A DNA stretch of 59,963 nucleotides from an uncultured Collinsella sp. (GCA_900546725.1 URDZ01000001.1:1-59963), one strand, 5' to 3'; counted from the first letter of the stretch, positions 42,086-55,043 are shown. Made by a program: numbers and translations. Notes: generated by a model from the letters alone, not told the origin.

Positions 42086-44893
42086 CTATAGCGAAGCGGC
42101 GCCGTGCTGCCTGATGCGAGCGAGCATGTCTTTGAGCTTGTCAAAGTCGAGCGGCTTGGGCAAGTGCGCGTTCATGCCGGCATCGTGGGCCGCCTGCACG
42201 TCCTCGGAAAAGGCATTGGCGGTGAGTGCGATGATGGGGATGTCGGCGGCGTCGGACTTGTCGCTCAGGCGGATTGCGCGGGTCGCTTCGTAGCCGTCCA
42301 TGCCCGGCATCATGACGTCCATCAGAATGGCGTCAAAGCTGCCGGCGGGTCGCCCAACATAAAGCCTGACCGCTTCGCAGCCGTCGGCGGCGCGTGTCAC
42401 GATAACTCCTTCGGTTTCGAGCAGGGCCTGGGCAATTTCGGCGTTGAGTTCGTTATCTTCGGCCATAAGGACATTCATGCCAGTAAGCGAGCAGCCGTTT
42501 GCTTGCTCGTCCGCACATTTTCTTGCTTGAGGGTTTTTATCGATATCGAGCGGGATTTCAACATCGAACGTACTACCCACACCAAGTTCGCTCGAGATTT
42601 CGATGGTGCCACCCATCATATCGATGAGCGATTTGACGATTGCCATGCCGATACCCGTTCCTTGGAACTTGCTGCGGGCATCGTTGCCCTCCTGGGCAAA
42701 CGGCTCGTAGATGCGCGCTAAAAACTCAGGCGTCATGCCAATGCCGGTATCCGAGACGCTAAAACAAAAGAGCGCGTGCCCATCGTCAATCGGCTTGACG
42801 GTTGACCAGAATGTGACGGAACCGCCATGCTTGTTGTATTTGATGCTGTTGTCCAGCAGATTGATAATAATCCGCCGGATGTGGGTGGGGCTGCCAATCA
42901 GGTATTGGTTGACGATGTAGGGTTCGCTGGCGTCCAGCATGGTGATGCCGCGATCCGATGCGCGGAGCTTGCACAGGATCAGTGCGTCATCACACAGCTC
43001 TTTTAGATTGAACGACTCATGGTCGAGCACTACTTTCTGCTCTTCGATCCTGCCCATCTCGAGAAGATCGTTGATGAGCGAAAGCAGGTGATTGGCGGCA
43101 ACGCGTGCCTTGGCGCGGCTTTCGCGCGCGACCTGCATATCGCCCTCCTTTAATTCCTCGATCTCGATGAGGCCCAAGATGCCATTAAGCGGCGTGCGGA
43201 TATCGTGGCTCATGCGCGTAAGGAACGCTGTTTTGGCGGCGTTGGCGGCGAGTGCTTTGGCTTCTTCGGTTTGCGCGCGCTGCAGTGCCCAGAAAAGGAT
43301 GGCAATGAAGACCAGAAGCAGGCCGATGACAACGGTGGCGATTACGCCGCGGTTGCGGTACATAAAGCGGAACGTGTCGGACTCTTGGGTTGAGTATGAC
43401 GAGGAGTAGTTGCTGACGGAGAGCGATTCGCCGGCATTGATAATACCCTTGTTGATAATCCCCAATAGTTCGGGGTTACCGCGGCGCATCCAACACGAGA
43501 GCTCGGCGGTGTACGGGAGTTCCAACGTCTCGAGCTCATCGATATCGTAGAGGTCGCGAACGGTTTCAAGGCGCGAGCTGGGTACGATGGCGCACGTTGC
43601 TTCACCTTTGTTAAGGGCATCGATCACTGCTTCCTTGGAGGGGTAGCTAGTTATGGTCGAAGAGGGGTACAAGGTCTGTAGCTCGCGGTAGCTAACGAAC
43701 GATGACGTTGTGCAGGCGATTTTCTTAAGGTTTTCGTTTAGATTGCCACCGACATGGAGGGCAACAAGCGGGACCGTTCCGAGCGAGTTGGATTGAATGA
43801 AACCGCATTGCTCGGCGAGATAATAGTCACGATAGATTGGCAGAGCGACATCGATCTTTCCCTTCGAGAGGGCCTCTGACATTTTTTTATGGTCGGTAAA
43901 GACGGTCGTCTTGACCTTAATTCCAAATTTGTCGCGAAGTGTTGTGAGGAGTGAGGCAAGCGAGCCCTCCATCTCGCCGTCAGCGTTTTGGGCGCAGTAG
44001 GGGAGCAGGTCTGTAAGATACCCGACCGTAATGCTGTTGCCGTGTGCCTTGAGCCAAGCGGTCTCAGAGCTGGCGAGCGATGATGATCCGCTGTTTTGGG
44101 TGGAGTAATTCGACTTGACCTCATCGTTATAGCGAGGATTGACGCGGTTGATTGCCGTCATGGCGGCGTTGATGTCATTCATCAGATCGGGCCGGCTTTT
44201 GGGGACGGCAAAGTAGTAGTCGCTGGAGCCAACGTAAAACATGGGCGAGGCGTCGGGGGACGAAATGGTGTCGTTCATGATGATGGCGTCGACTTCGTCG
44301 TTTGAGAGTGCGTCAAAAAGGGCGTTGCCGCTATCGATTTCTTTAAACGTGCAGGTGATGCCTTCGTCGGCAAGCCATTGCTTGCCAACGGTGGTTTGCA
44401 TGACGCCGGGGTTACAACCAATGGCGAGACCTTCGAGTGCCTTGGGGTCGCCCTTAGAGAGGTCGTCGCGATCGGGCTTGGCGTAGATGTAGTAGCGTTC
44501 GGTGCCTTCGGGGTTTGAAGAATAGAGCAGCTTCTGTGCGCGCTCTGCAGAGTATGAGATGTTGGACATCAGGTCGATCTCGCCGGCCTCGAGCATGCCC
44601 ATGAGCTCGGTAAAGGTGCCGCTGACGTATTCGTATTTCCATCCCTTGGTGTAATACGAGAGGGTTTGCAGGTAGTCATAGCCCCAACCCGAGAGGCGTT
44701 CCCCGGGGGTGCCGTCCTGGAAACCCTGGTTGCTTACGAGCCAACCGACGCGAACCGTTTTGACCTGCTGGTCGGAGTCGGCGGCAAAGGCCGGGGCGGG
44801 CATGACGGTGCTCAGTATGGCGAGTGCGGCAAGCGCGACGGCTAGGGTGCGATATATAACTGAACGAAGGACAGTGGCAGCTCTCACATGCAA
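42086..44893 (-). CDS. Hybrid sensor kinase/response regulator with extracellular solute-binding domains
   Basis: Signal peptide, two SBP-like domains, TM helix, [10 protein letters not shown], HATPase boxes, receiver ILMDVMMP; start uncertain. Confidence 0.93.
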   Translation of the reverse strand: MHVRAATVLRSVIYRTLAVALAALAILSTVMPAPAFAADSDQQVKTVRVGWLVSNQGFQDGTPGERLSGWGYDYLQTLSYYTKGWKYEYVSGTFTELMGMLEAGEIDLMSNISYSAERAQKLLYSSNPEGTERYYIYAKPDRDDLSKGDPKALEGLAIGCNPGVMQTTVGKQWLADEGITCTFKEIDSGNALFDALSNDEVDAIIMNDTISSPDASPMFYVGSSDYYFAVPKSRPDLMNDINAAMTAINRVNPRYNDEVKSNYSTQNSGSSSLASSETAWLKAHGNSITVGYLTDLLPYCAQNADGEMEGSLASLLTTLRDKFGIKVKTTVFTDHKKMSEALSKGKIDVALPIYRDYYLAEQCGFIQSNSLGTVPLVALHVGGNLNENLKKIACTTSSFVSYRELQTLYPSSTITSYPSKEAVIDALNKGEATCAIVPSSRLETVRDLYDIDELETLELPYTAELSCWMRRGNPELLGIINKGIINAGESLSVSNYSSSYSTQESDTFRFMYRNRGVIATVVIGLLLVFIAILFWALQRAQTEEAKALAANAAKTAFLTRMSHDIRTPLNGILGLIEIEELKEGDMQVARESRAKARVAANHLLSLINDLLEMGRIEEQKVVLDHESFNLKELCDDALILCKLRASDRGITMLDASEPYIVNQYLIGSPTHIRRIIINLLDNSIKYNKHGGSVTFWSTVKPIDDGHALFCFSVSDTGIGMTPEFLARIYEPFAQEGNDARSKFQGTGIGMAIVKSLIDMMGGTIEISSELGVGSTFDVEIPLDIDKNPQARKCADEQANGCSLTGMNVLMAEDNELNAEIAQALLETEGVIVTRAADGCEAVRLYVGRPAGSFDAILMDVMMPGMDGYEATRAIRLSDKSDAADIPIIALTANAFSEDVQAAHDAGMNAHLPKPLDFDKLKDMLARIRQHGAASL

Positions 44894-45085
44894 TCCTAAC
44901 GAATCGAGACATTACCGCATAAGGATACCAGCTCAGCCTGCCCAGTCGGCAGCTGCACCGCTAAACGCTCCCGCCCGGCAGTTGGGGGACAGTCCCTTTC
45001 TGCCGGCACAAAAGGAACGTCCCTAACTGTCGGTTGTGGGACAATACCGAGCGAACGTGATTGGTTGTCCGTGGAAAGGGTCGCG

Positions 45086-45511
45086 ATGAAAAAGCTCAGG
45101 ACGCTTGCCGACGTGTTGCGCCAGGCGGGCTTTGTGCGCATTACGGAGCTGTTCCTCGTTTTCTACCTGCTGTGCTCGACGGCCGTCTGGCTGTCCGAGC
45201 CCACGACCCTCACGTTTGGCGATGGCCTGTGGTTTAGCTTTGAGACGGTTTCGACCATCGGCTTTGGTGACATTCCGGCCGAAACACCGGTTGCCCGCGC
45301 CATTACCGTCGTCTTGAGCGTTATCAGCATCTTCTACATCGCCATGCTCACGGGCGTGGCGGTGAACTACTGCAATACGCTTATCAAGATGCGCCAAAAG
45401 GACACCATGGCGCGCTTTATGGATGATCTGGAGCATTTGGAAGAGCTCGATCGCGACGAGCTTGCCGATCTTTCGCGTCGCGTGCGCGAGTATCGTCGAC
45501 GCCAGCGCTAG
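45086..45511 (+). CDS. Two-TM potassium channel family protein
   Basis: WFSFETVSTIGFGDI selectivity filter. Confidence 0.88.
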   Translation: MKKLRTLADVLRQAGFVRITELFLVFYLLCSTAVWLSEPTTLTFGDGLWFSFETVSTIGFGDIPAETPVARAITVVLSVISIFYIAMLTGVAVNYCNTLIKMRQKDTMARFMDDLEHLEELDRDELADLSRRVREYRRRQR

Positions 45512-45547
45512 AACGGGCGCCGTGCGTCACGATGAGGGGGACTGAAT

Positions 45548-46081
45548 ATGAACATCACCGTGTACCTGGGTGCCAACACTGGCAATGACCCGGCGTTTCT
45601 GCCCGCGGTGCAGGAGCTGGGCAACTGGATTGGCGCCAATGGACACGCGCTGGTATACGGCGGGTCCAAATCGGGCCTGATGGGTGCGCTCGCCGATAGC
45701 GTGCTCGATGCTGACGGACACGTGACGGGTGTGGAGCCGAGCTTTTTTATCGAGGCCGAGTTTCAACATGACGGTATCGACGACCTCATCGTGACGAGCG
45801 ATATGGCGGAGCGCAAGGCCAAGATGATTGAGCTCGGCGATGCGTTCATCGCCTTTCCCGGTGGGACGGGCACGCTCGAGGAGATTGCCGAGGTCATGTC
45901 CGCGGTGTCGTTGGGGCACCTGAGTGCTCCGTGCATCCTGTATAACCTGGACGGTTACTACAACGACCTCAAGGCGCTGCTCGGGCACATGATCGATAGG
46001 GGTTTATCGAGCCCGCAGCGCCAGCAAGGCATTTACTTTGCCGACGATTTGCGCGAGATTGCCTCGATTATCAACGGATAA
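45548..46081 (+). CDS. LOG family (TIGR00730) protein
   Basis: LVYGG..GLMG, MAERK, PGGTGTLEE. Confidence 0.92.
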   Translation: MNITVYLGANTGNDPAFLPAVQELGNWIGANGHALVYGGSKSGLMGALADSVLDADGHVTGVEPSFFIEAEFQHDGIDDLIVTSDMAERKAKMIELGDAFIAFPGGTGTLEEIAEVMSAVSLGHLSAPCILYNLDGYYNDLKALLGHMIDRGLSSPQRQQGIYFADDLREIASIING

Positions 46082-46206
46082 GTCTTGAGCCTGTCCCACT
46101 ATGGCTCCCAATGGTGCCGTTTGCGGCGCAGACGGTTAGCTCGTTCGGGCAACGCTCGCTCTACAATAAAACATAACTATGTCGACTTTGACCGCGGGAG
46201 GACCCG

Positions 46207-47496
46207 ATGGATAACCTTGCCAAACCCACAAACCGCGCGCTGTTTTTAGTTAGCGTTGCCGTGACCGGTGCTTTCGCAGGTGCCGCGGTCTGGCTGTTCT
46301 TTTTTGCGATGGAGCACGGTATCGACTATCTGTGGACCGAGATTCCGCACGCGCTGGGCGTCGCTTCGCCCGAGCTTGCCAGCGGCCCGTTTGGCTTTTT
46401 GCCGTACCCGTTTTTTGTCTGCTTGCTGGGCGGTCTGTTAATTGGTCTGTACGAGAAGATGACAGGCACCAAGACCGATGACCTCAACCAGGTGATGGCT
46501 AAGGTTAAGCAAGACGGGCGCTACCCGTACGACAACCTGGGCAAGCTTTCGCTCGCGGCATTGCTGCCGCTGCTGTTTGGCGGAAGTATTGGACCGGAGG
46601 CCGGCCTGACCGGCGTTATCGCGGGTCTGTGCAGCTGGGTTGGCGACCGTATGCGTCGCTTTGGCGCCGAATTTAGGGAGCTTACGCTGCTGGGTACCCA
46701 GGCCGCGTTGACGGCGCTCTTTACCGCGCCCGTCTTTGGCTTTGTGGCACCGCTTGCCGGTAGCGCCGACGGCGACGAGGGCTCTGCGTCCGACGAGATC
46801 ACCATCAGGCTGCCCAAGGCGCAAAAGACCGTGGTTTACGGCATCGCGATTGCCGGCGGCCTGGGCACCTACCTGCTGCTCGGCCAGCTCATGGGCGGCG
46901 GCATGGGCATGCCCAGGTTCGAGTCCGCCGAGGTGGGCAACCTGGAGCTTACCTGGCTCATTCCGCTGGCGTTGGTTGGCACCGTTTGCGGCTGGCTGTA
47001 CTTTGTCTCTGAGCACACGAGCGAAGCGTTTGCCCATGCAATAGGGGAGCGTCCTGTCGTCAAGGCCATGCTAGCCGGTCTGGCGCTCGCCATCTGCGGC
47101 ACGGTCCTGCCCTACACCATGTTTGCCGGCGAGACTCAGGCCGACGTGCTCATGGAAACCTACCTGACCATTCCCGCTGGTGTGCTTATCGCGACCGGTC
47201 TTGTTAAGGCCATGCTGACGCCCGCCCTCATCAACCTTGGTTGGCGTGGCGGCCACTTCTTCCCGGTTATCTTCTCGGGCGTAAGCCTGGGCTATGGCCT
47301 TGCCATCCTCACCGGCGCAGATCCGGTCTTTTGCGTCGCCGTCTGCACGGCATCGACGATGGGTGCGGTCATGCGTCAGCCGGTCATGGTCGTGGGCCTG
47401 CTGCTTATGTGTTTTCCACTCAAGGGTATCGTCTGCATGATCATCGCGGCCGTCATCGCCGCCGGCATTCCACTGCCCAAGCCGCTGCGCAAGTAG
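46207..47496 (+). CDS. CLC chloride-channel family protein
   Basis: Many TM helices, GGSIGPEAG, FTAPV, GGHFFP. Confidence 0.85.
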   Translation: MDNLAKPTNRALFLVSVAVTGAFAGAAVWLFFFAMEHGIDYLWTEIPHALGVASPELASGPFGFLPYPFFVCLLGGLLIGLYEKMTGTKTDDLNQVMAKVKQDGRYPYDNLGKLSLAALLPLLFGGSIGPEAGLTGVIAGLCSWVGDRMRRFGAEFRELTLLGTQAALTALFTAPVFGFVAPLAGSADGDEGSASDEITIRLPKAQKTVVYGIAIAGGLGTYLLLGQLMGGGMGMPRFESAEVGNLELTWLIPLALVGTVCGWLYFVSEHTSEAFAHAIGERPVVKAMLAGLALAICGTVLPYTMFAGETQADVLMETYLTIPAGVLIATGLVKAMLTPALINLGWRGGHFFPVIFSGVSLGYGLAILTGADPVFCVAVCTASTMGAVMRQPVMVVGLLLMCFPLKGIVCMIIAAVIAAGIPLPKPLRK

Positions 47497-47531
47497 CGCG
47501 GTTTTTCACGAGTCAATTCCAGGGGTACGAG

Positions 47532-48323
47532 ATGATCCTGTACTTTAGCGCGACAGGGAACAGCGAGCATGTGGCGCGTCGCATTGCAGCGGCGACAAGC
47601 GACAAAGTTATGTCGATTGAGCGCTTTGATGCCGAGATCCTTCACCTCGCTGTGATGGAAGGCCCCTGTCGGTTGGGGTTTGTCGCCCCGGTATACGTCT
47701 GGGGCTTGCCGGCGCCAATGATCGAGTTTTTGAAGACTGTCGACCTATCGGTTGCTGCCGGCACAAAGGGCGGCGAGCGCCCCTATACGTTCTATGTCTC
47801 GACATATGGTTCGACGACCGGGCAATCGGCCAAGTTCGCCCGCGATCTGCTACACGAGCGTGGGCTCGAGTTAGATGCGGCGATGAGCGTCAAGATGCCC
47901 GATACCTGGACGCCTGTTTTCGACCTGTCTGACCCTCAAAAGGTTGAGGGTATCAATAGAGCTGCCGAGGCGCAGATTGATGCCGTGATCGAGGCGGTGC
48001 GGGCACGCCGCACGGGCAACATGATGCGCCATCGCGTGCCTCTGTTTGCATCGTGCGCGTATCACGCAATTGGGCTGCCGCGCATGCAACAGACGAGCAA
48101 GTTTGCCGTCGATGCCGATCGCTGCATCGGCTGCGGCCTGTGTGCCAAGCGCTGCCCCATGGCGGCGATTGAGATGCGCGACGGCCTTCCCGTCTGGACA
48201 AAGCCGGAGTGCGCAGCCTGCCTTCGTTGCCTGCACTGTTGTCCCAAATTTGCCATCTCGCACGGTAAGCGCACGGCATCCCACGGTCAGTACAGGCATC
48301 CCAAGCCAGGTGTGAGGATGTAG
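47532..48323 (+). CDS. EFR1-family flavodoxin-ferredoxin fusion
   Basis: YFSATGNS, PVYVWG, CIGCGLCAKRCP, CAACLRCLHCCP. Confidence 0.9.
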   Translation: MILYFSATGNSEHVARRIAAATSDKVMSIERFDAEILHLAVMEGPCRLGFVAPVYVWGLPAPMIEFLKTVDLSVAAGTKGGERPYTFYVSTYGSTTGQSAKFARDLLHERGLELDAAMSVKMPDTWTPVFDLSDPQKVEGINRAAEAQIDAVIEAVRARRTGNMMRHRVPLFASCAYHAIGLPRMQQTSKFAVDADRCIGCGLCAKRCPMAAIEMRDGLPVWTKPECAACLRCLHCCPKFAISHGKRTASHGQYRHPKPGVRM

Positions 48324-48338
48324 CGGCTGCTGGCCGCG

Positions 48339-49214
48339 CTACTTCCAAACTGCGAGCGCGGCGGTGCCCAGTACGATGAGGGCGAGACCGATGGCGCTGC
48401 GTCGTGAGAGTTTTTCGTTGAATGCCAGGCGCGCAAATAGTACTGATACGACAATCGATAGTTTGTCGATCTGCACCACGACGCTCACCTGGCCTGTGGC
48501 GATGGCGTAGTAATAGAGCAGCCACGATGCTCCGGTCGCGATGCCCGATGTTGCGAGAAATGTGAGTTCGCGCCGGTCAGCGTGCGCGACCTGATCCAGT
48601 TTTCCCTTGGCTGCCACGATTGCCCATGCCATAACCAGTACCACACAGGTACGGATTGCCGTGGCCAGGTTGGACTCGACGCCTTCGATGCCAACCTTGG
48701 CAAGGATGGACGTGAGCGCTGCGAACACGGCGGCGCCGAGGGCGTAAGCGAGCCAGGTCCGGTCTTGCTGCCGCTCGGGTCCGGCAGACTGCTTCTTCTC
48801 GATCATTAAAAACGTGCCGAGGGTGATGACAGCAGTTCCCACGAGCTTAACCGCAAGGTTGCTCGTCTCGCCAAAAAGCACGATGGCGATCAGTGCAGCG
48901 AGTACGGTGCTCATCTTGTCGACCGGTACGACCTTATTGACGTCTCCGATGCCCAACGCCTTAAAGTAACAGATCCACGAAGCACCGGTAGCGAGTCCCG
49001 AGAGGACGAGAAAGAGCCAAGATCTGGGTTCGATGCTGCCGATGGTTCCAATGGATCCAGAAATGCCCGCCATTGCCCAAGCGAAAACGAGCACCACGCA
49101 GGTGCGAATGGCCGTCGCGACATCGGAGTCGGTCTGCTTGATGCCGCATTTGGCCAGGACAGATGTGATGCCGGCAAAGAAAGCCGACACAAATGCTGCT
49201 GCGACCCACGACAC
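48339..49214 (-). CDS. EamA/DMT transporter
   Basis: Internal duplication (ATAIRTCVVL, ATGASW), ~10 TM helices. Confidence 0.9.
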   Translation of the reverse strand: MSWVAAAFVSAFFAGITSVLAKCGIKQTDSDVATAIRTCVVLVFAWAMAGISGSIGTIGSIEPRSWLFLVLSGLATGASWICYFKALGIGDVNKVVPVDKMSTVLAALIAIVLFGETSNLAVKLVGTAVITLGTFLMIEKKQSAGPERQQDRTWLAYALGAAVFAALTSILAKVGIEGVESNLATAIRTCVVLVMAWAIVAAKGKLDQVAHADRRELTFLATSGIATGASWLLYYYAIATGQVSVVVQIDKLSIVVSVLFARLAFNEKLSRRSAIGLALIVLGTAALAVWK

Positions 49215-49351
49215 GGGTGAAATGCCTCCCCAAAGAACAACCGCGCCAGATTTACGGCGCTCGTCCGATGATACCGTCCCGCCATGAAGCTTTGATATCG
49301 CTGTGGTGAGACAGGGGCCATAGTTCGAGAGGGCATTTGGTTAAGGCTCGA

Positions 49352-49537
49352 ATCGAAGGTGAATGGTTTTCCGCGAAGTGAACGAGTAAATCTGGACCCC
49401 TGGAACATGCACACTTTTTTCGAACAAAACTGCAGGATTCTTAGACAAAAACCGCAGGAATTGAGTCCTTAAAAATGTCGATGCTACAGGGCACTGTTTT
49501 TACTCGTTCACTTCTCGGAAAAGTATTCACCTTCGAT
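49352..49537. mobile_element. MITE-like element, copy 2
   Basis: ATCGAAGGTGAATGGTTTTCCGCGAAGTGAACGAGTAAA...TTTACTCGTTCACTTCTCGGAAAAGTATTCACCTTCGAT. Confidence 0.75.
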
Positions 49538-49664
49538 ATGCTGACGGTGTCTTTTTGGTTGCCAAGAACTAGACGGCCTGCTGTGAGGGGCGGTGGTGAC
49601 GCTATGCCGCCTTGTTTCATTGAAAAAATAAGCGGGGTACCACCTAAGCTTTTTTAGCTGTCGA

Positions 49665-50362
49665 TTACAGATCGCGTACTCGATAAACCTTGGTGCTGAC
49701 AGCGCAGCTGATTGCACATAGTGCGAGCGCCAGTACTGCAATTCCTGCACACAGACAGCCAAGGACGGCGGGATCGGGATTCGCTCCGGCAATCGACATG
49801 AGCCAGTTGCTGATGGGGTTGGAGGAGCTCAGCGTGGCCATGGCAAGGCATCCGAGCATGGCAAACAGGCCAACGGATAGGCGCAGCGCCTCCATGTGTC
49901 CAAATCGAAAGAACAGTGGCTGCGCCAAAAACACCATCATGAGGGAGATGAGCATCGATGCTGCCGAGGCGATTGCGATTTCAAAGACCGTCTGTCCTGT
50001 CGAAGGAATGCCCGCGCTGTTGAAGAGCGGGATGGCGACGACACTCAAAAGCGTAGCTGCACATGCCATGACGGCGGAGAAGACAATAACGCTCAGGTAG
50101 CGTGCGCAGATGATGTCTTTGCGCGAGAAGGGCAGCGTTGCCCGGTAGCGCTCCCAACCGTTTTGATTGTCGAAACCGGCCAGTGAGTTCATGACTATGA
50201 TAGGCGACATGGCGCTGACCGCGCAGGCGCCGGCGCTCATGCCGGAATGCCATCCGACGCGTTGGCAAGGGTTAGCACGACGAAGATGAACAGGCCGACG
50301 CCCGCGATGCTCGGGATGAGCGTGCGAACGATGGCGAGCTCGGACATAAAGGCGCGTTTCAT
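49665..50362 (-). pseudogene. ABC-2 permease, frameshifted
   Basis: ATG 50362 frame MKRAFMSEL...DGIPA* stops; permease body (GWERYRATLPFSRKDIICARY) continues in another frame from ~50250. Confidence 0.75.
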
Positions 50363-51240
50363 TTCGAAGCCCCTTTCAGCATGAGGCGCAGATAGTCATC
50401 AATGGTTGCCCGATCGCAGGGAATCTCGGGGAAGGCCTCGAGTGTTTCGCGACGGTTGGGCACGAGCACGTCTACGCTATAGGCGTGGTGGACGGCACGG
50501 GCGCCTTCGACGCAAGCCATAAGCTCGGCGGCCTGTGCTTGGGTGCAGTGGGCGATGCCGGCGCGGTCGGTAATGTCCTCGCGCGGCAGGTCAAAAATAA
50601 TCGAGCCATTATCGATGCAGATGACGCGATCAGCGGTGCGATCGAGGTCGGACGTAATGTGGCTCGAGAGTAACACGCTGTGCTGGCCGTCGGCGACAAA
50701 GGCAAGCAGCTCGTCGAGCAGTTCCTCGCGTGCCATGGGATCGAGGCCCGCGGTGGCTTCGTCCAAAACGAGCAGCTTGGCATTGTGGCTGAGTGCACAG
50801 GCAAGCTGCAGCTTCATGCCCATGCCACGGGAGAGGTCCTTGACCTTTGTCTTGGGATCGAGGCCAAATCGGTTGATGAGGTCGGCGAAGGTGCCATGGC
50901 TCCAGGCGGGGTACGCCGGGCTTACGAGTGCCTCAACTTCGGTCACCTTGAGTGTGGAAGGGAAAGGGCACGTGTCCAGGACAAGACCGACGCGGGAGCG
51001 TAGATGGCGTTGCGACCCATCGGGCGCGTCGGTGCCACAGCGCTGCCCAAACAGGTACACCTCGCCGGCATCGAGTTTGATAAGCCCGAGCGCGGCTCGA
51101 ATCGTCGTAGTTTTGCCGGCACCGTTGGCACCAACAAAGCCGACGATCTGGCCGGGTTCCACGGCAAGCGTGACGCCGCGCAGCGAAAAGCGGTCGCTTA
51201 CAGTGCGTGAGATGCCTTTGAGTTCTAGCAAGTTTTGCAT
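50359..51240 (-). CDS. ABC transporter ATP-binding protein
   Basis: GANGAGKTT, LSRGM, LDEATAGLDP. Confidence 0.93.
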   Translation of the reverse strand: MQNLLELKGISRTVSDRFSLRGVTLAVEPGQIVGFVGANGAGKTTTIRAALGLIKLDAGEVYLFGQRCGTDAPDGSQRHLRSRVGLVLDTCPFPSTLKVTEVEALVSPAYPAWSHGTFADLINRFGLDPKTKVKDLSRGMGMKLQLACALSHNAKLLVLDEATAGLDPMAREELLDELLAFVADGQHSVLLSSHITSDLDRTADRVICIDNGSIIFDLPREDITDRAGIAHCTQAQAAELMACVEGARAVHHAYSVDVLVPNRRETLEAFPEIPCDRATIDDYLRLMLKGASK

Positions 51241-51263
51241 GGTATAGCCTTTCTTGCAGATGG

Positions 51264-51644
51264 CTACTGCATGGTTTCGGGGGCTACGAGATCGAGCATC
51301 TCGTGCAGCTTGTCGCGCGTGACGCCCAGGGTTTCGGCTTGGCTTGCCGCTTTCGCAAGCAGCTCTTCGATATGGCAGAGCTGGTTTTCACGCAAGAGCT
51401 CCTGGTTGCCCTCGGCGACAAAACAGCCCTTGCCCTGCACGGTGCAGATAAACCCGAGCTGCTCCAGGTCGGCGTAGACGCGCTTGGTGGTGATGACGCT
51501 CACGCCAAGATCGCTCGCGAGCGCACGGATGCTGGGGAGTTTGGCTCCCGCAGCGAGCGTGCCCGAAAGGATCTGAGCTTTGACCTGCGAGGATATCTGT
51601 TCGTAGATGGGCTTGTCGCTCGAATTGGATAGGATGATGTCCAC
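51264..51644 (-). CDS. GntR (YtrA subfamily) regulator
   Basis: PIYEQI, LPSIRALA, GKGCFV; heads an ABC operon. Confidence 0.92.
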   Translation of the reverse strand: MDIILSNSSDKPIYEQISSQVKAQILSGTLAAGAKLPSIRALASDLGVSVITTKRVYADLEQLGFICTVQGKGCFVAEGNQELLRENQLCHIEELLAKAASQAETLGVTRDKLHEMLDLVAPETMQ

Positions 51645-51671
51645 AGCGGCTCCTTAGCTGTTGGGCTACAC

Positions 51672-51705
51672 GTGTATATAACCGGTAAGCACAGTATATA
51701 TACAC
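51672..51705. promoter_or_regulatory. YtrA-type operator inverted repeat
   Basis: GTGTATATA-16 nt-TATATACAC upstream of the gntR gene. Confidence 0.6.
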
Positions 51706-51859
51706 TATGCACAGTTCTGCAAGAGGCAAATGCGGATTGGGCCGGCTGCCCAAGCCCCAACTGATGAATTTGTCCTGATAGGCGTCCTAGAGCGAGGTTT
51801 CGCGGCTACAATAATGCGGTTACAACGACGTAATGCACTCAATGCAAGAAAGGATCCGC

Positions 51860-53473
<1,614 letters not shown>

Positions 53474-53515
53474 CGCATTGGCGCGGTGGTCCTGTGGGGC
53501 TGTCGCGCCGTTTGT

Positions 53516-53544
53516 TTGCCTTATGCCGCGCGAGCGGCTATCAT
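53516..53544 (+). promoter_or_regulatory. Sigma70-type promoter
   Basis: TTGCCT-17 nt-TATCAT. Confidence 0.6.
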
Positions 53545-53573
53545 ACCCACCGTCGTCTCAAGACCGGGGCGTC

Positions 53574-53623
53574 CGAGCAGTTCGGGTCCGATATCCTGCT
53601 CGTTAAACCTAAAACCAAAGGAG
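53574..53623 (+). ncRNA. Candidate preQ1-I-like riboswitch
   Basis: CGAGCAG-TTCGGGTCCGATATC-CTGCTCG hairpin, A-rich tail ending AAAACC next to the RBS of a VUT gene. Confidence 0.4.
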
Positions 53624-53629
53624 TACATA

Positions 53630-54352
53630 ATGATCAAGAAGGTCATGGAGGACTACAAGGTCCTGCTGCGGAGCATTCCCGCGGCAACGGTTTCGCTGTT
53701 TTTCGTGAGCGTCATCATGATGAACCTGCTGGCCAACAAAGAGCTTATCAGCCTGCCGTATCTGGCACTCGATTGCGGCTTTGTGGTGAGCTGGGTTTCG
53801 TTTTTGTGCCAGGACATGATCTGCAAGCGCTTTGGCGCCAAGGCATCCATCAAAATCTCTATCCTCGCGCTGCTGGTCAACCTGGCCGTGAGCCTGTGCT
53901 TTTGGGCATGCTCGCTCACGCCCGGTATGTGGGGCGCCTACTACGACACCGGCATGATCGAGGTCAACACCGCCCTTAACGCCACCATTGGCGGCACCTG
54001 GTACGTGGTGCTGGGCTCTTCGCTGGCAATGCTCGTTTCTGCCGTGGTTAACTCCACGCTCAACCAGTCGCTCGGCCGCATGCTCAAAAAGAATAACTTT
54101 GCGAGCTTCGCCTTCCGCTCCTATGTGTCCACGGGTGTTGGCCAGTTTATCGACAACTTGGTCTTTGCCATTGTGGTGAGCCACACGTTCTTTGGTTGGA
54201 CCTGGGTGCAGGTCCTTATGTGCTCGCTGACCGGCGCTGTTGCCGAGCTGCTGTGCGAGGTTTTCCTGAGCCCCGTGGGCTACAAGGTCGTGCGCGGCTG
54301 GGAGCGCGAGAATGTGGGCTCCGAGTACCTCGAGCGCCACGCAACCGCCTAA
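53630..54352 (+). CDS. VUT/YhhQ-family (queuosine precursor) transporter
   Basis: NLLANK, QDMICKRFG, RSYVSTGVGQFIDN. Confidence 0.85.
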   Translation: MIKKVMEDYKVLLRSIPAATVSLFFVSVIMMNLLANKELISLPYLALDCGFVVSWVSFLCQDMICKRFGAKASIKISILALLVNLAVSLCFWACSLTPGMWGAYYDTGMIEVNTALNATIGGTWYVVLGSSLAMLVSAVVNSTLNQSLGRMLKKNNFASFAFRSYVSTGVGQFIDNLVFAIVVSHTFFGWTWVQVLMCSLTGAVAELLCEVFLSPVGYKVVRGWERENVGSEYLERHATA

Positions 54353-54361
54353 GGAGCAAGT

Positions 54362-55042
54362 ATGCGGGTTTTGATCACGGGCGCTTCGGGCGGTATCGGA
54401 GCCGCATGCGTGCAGCGCTTTTTGGACGAGGGCCACGAGGTCGTGGGCTTTGATCTGCTGCCGGCGGTGATCGAACACGAGCGCTACCGCCATCTGATCG
54501 TTGATGTTCGCGAGCCGGACACGTTTCCAGACGATCTTGAACCCCAGGTGATCGTGAACGTTGCCGGTACGCAGGATTCGGCTGACGACATCGCCGCCAA
54601 CCTGTATGGCACCATCAACGTGACCGAGCGCTACGCCTTTGCGGGGGAGGGGCTTGCCGCCAAGCCGGCGCCGGCTATCAAATCCGTGGTCAATGTGGGG
54701 TCGGCGAGCGGGCATACGGGATCGGAGTTTCCTGCCTATGCTGCCAGCAAGGGCGGCGTTATCGCCTACACCAAGAACCTTGCAAACCGCCTGGCACCGC
54801 AGGCCATTGCCAACAGTGTGGACCCGGGCGGCGTTATCACGCCGCTCAACCGTTGCGTGATGGAAGACGAACACCTGTGGAACCAGATTATGGAGCTCAC
54901 GCCGCTTAAGCGCTGGGCCACCGCCCAAGAGATCGCCGAGTGGATCTACTTTGTGGGCGTGACCAACCGGTTTATGACCGGGCAGAGTCTGCTAATCGAT
55001 GGCGGCGAGGCCGGCCGCACACAATTTATTTGGCCCGAATAG
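54362..55042 (+). CDS. SDR family oxidoreductase
   Basis: TGASGGIG, YAASKGG, DPG, TGQSLLIDGG. Confidence 0.93.
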   Translation: MRVLITGASGGIGAACVQRFLDEGHEVVGFDLLPAVIEHERYRHLIVDVREPDTFPDDLEPQVIVNVAGTQDSADDIAANLYGTINVTERYAFAGEGLAAKPAPAIKSVVNVGSASGHTGSEFPAYAASKGGVIAYTKNLANRLAPQAIANSVDPGGVITPLNRCVMEDEHLWNQIMELTPLKRWATAQEIAEWIYFVGVTNRFMTGQSLLIDGGEAGRTQFIWPE

Positions 55043-55043
55043 G

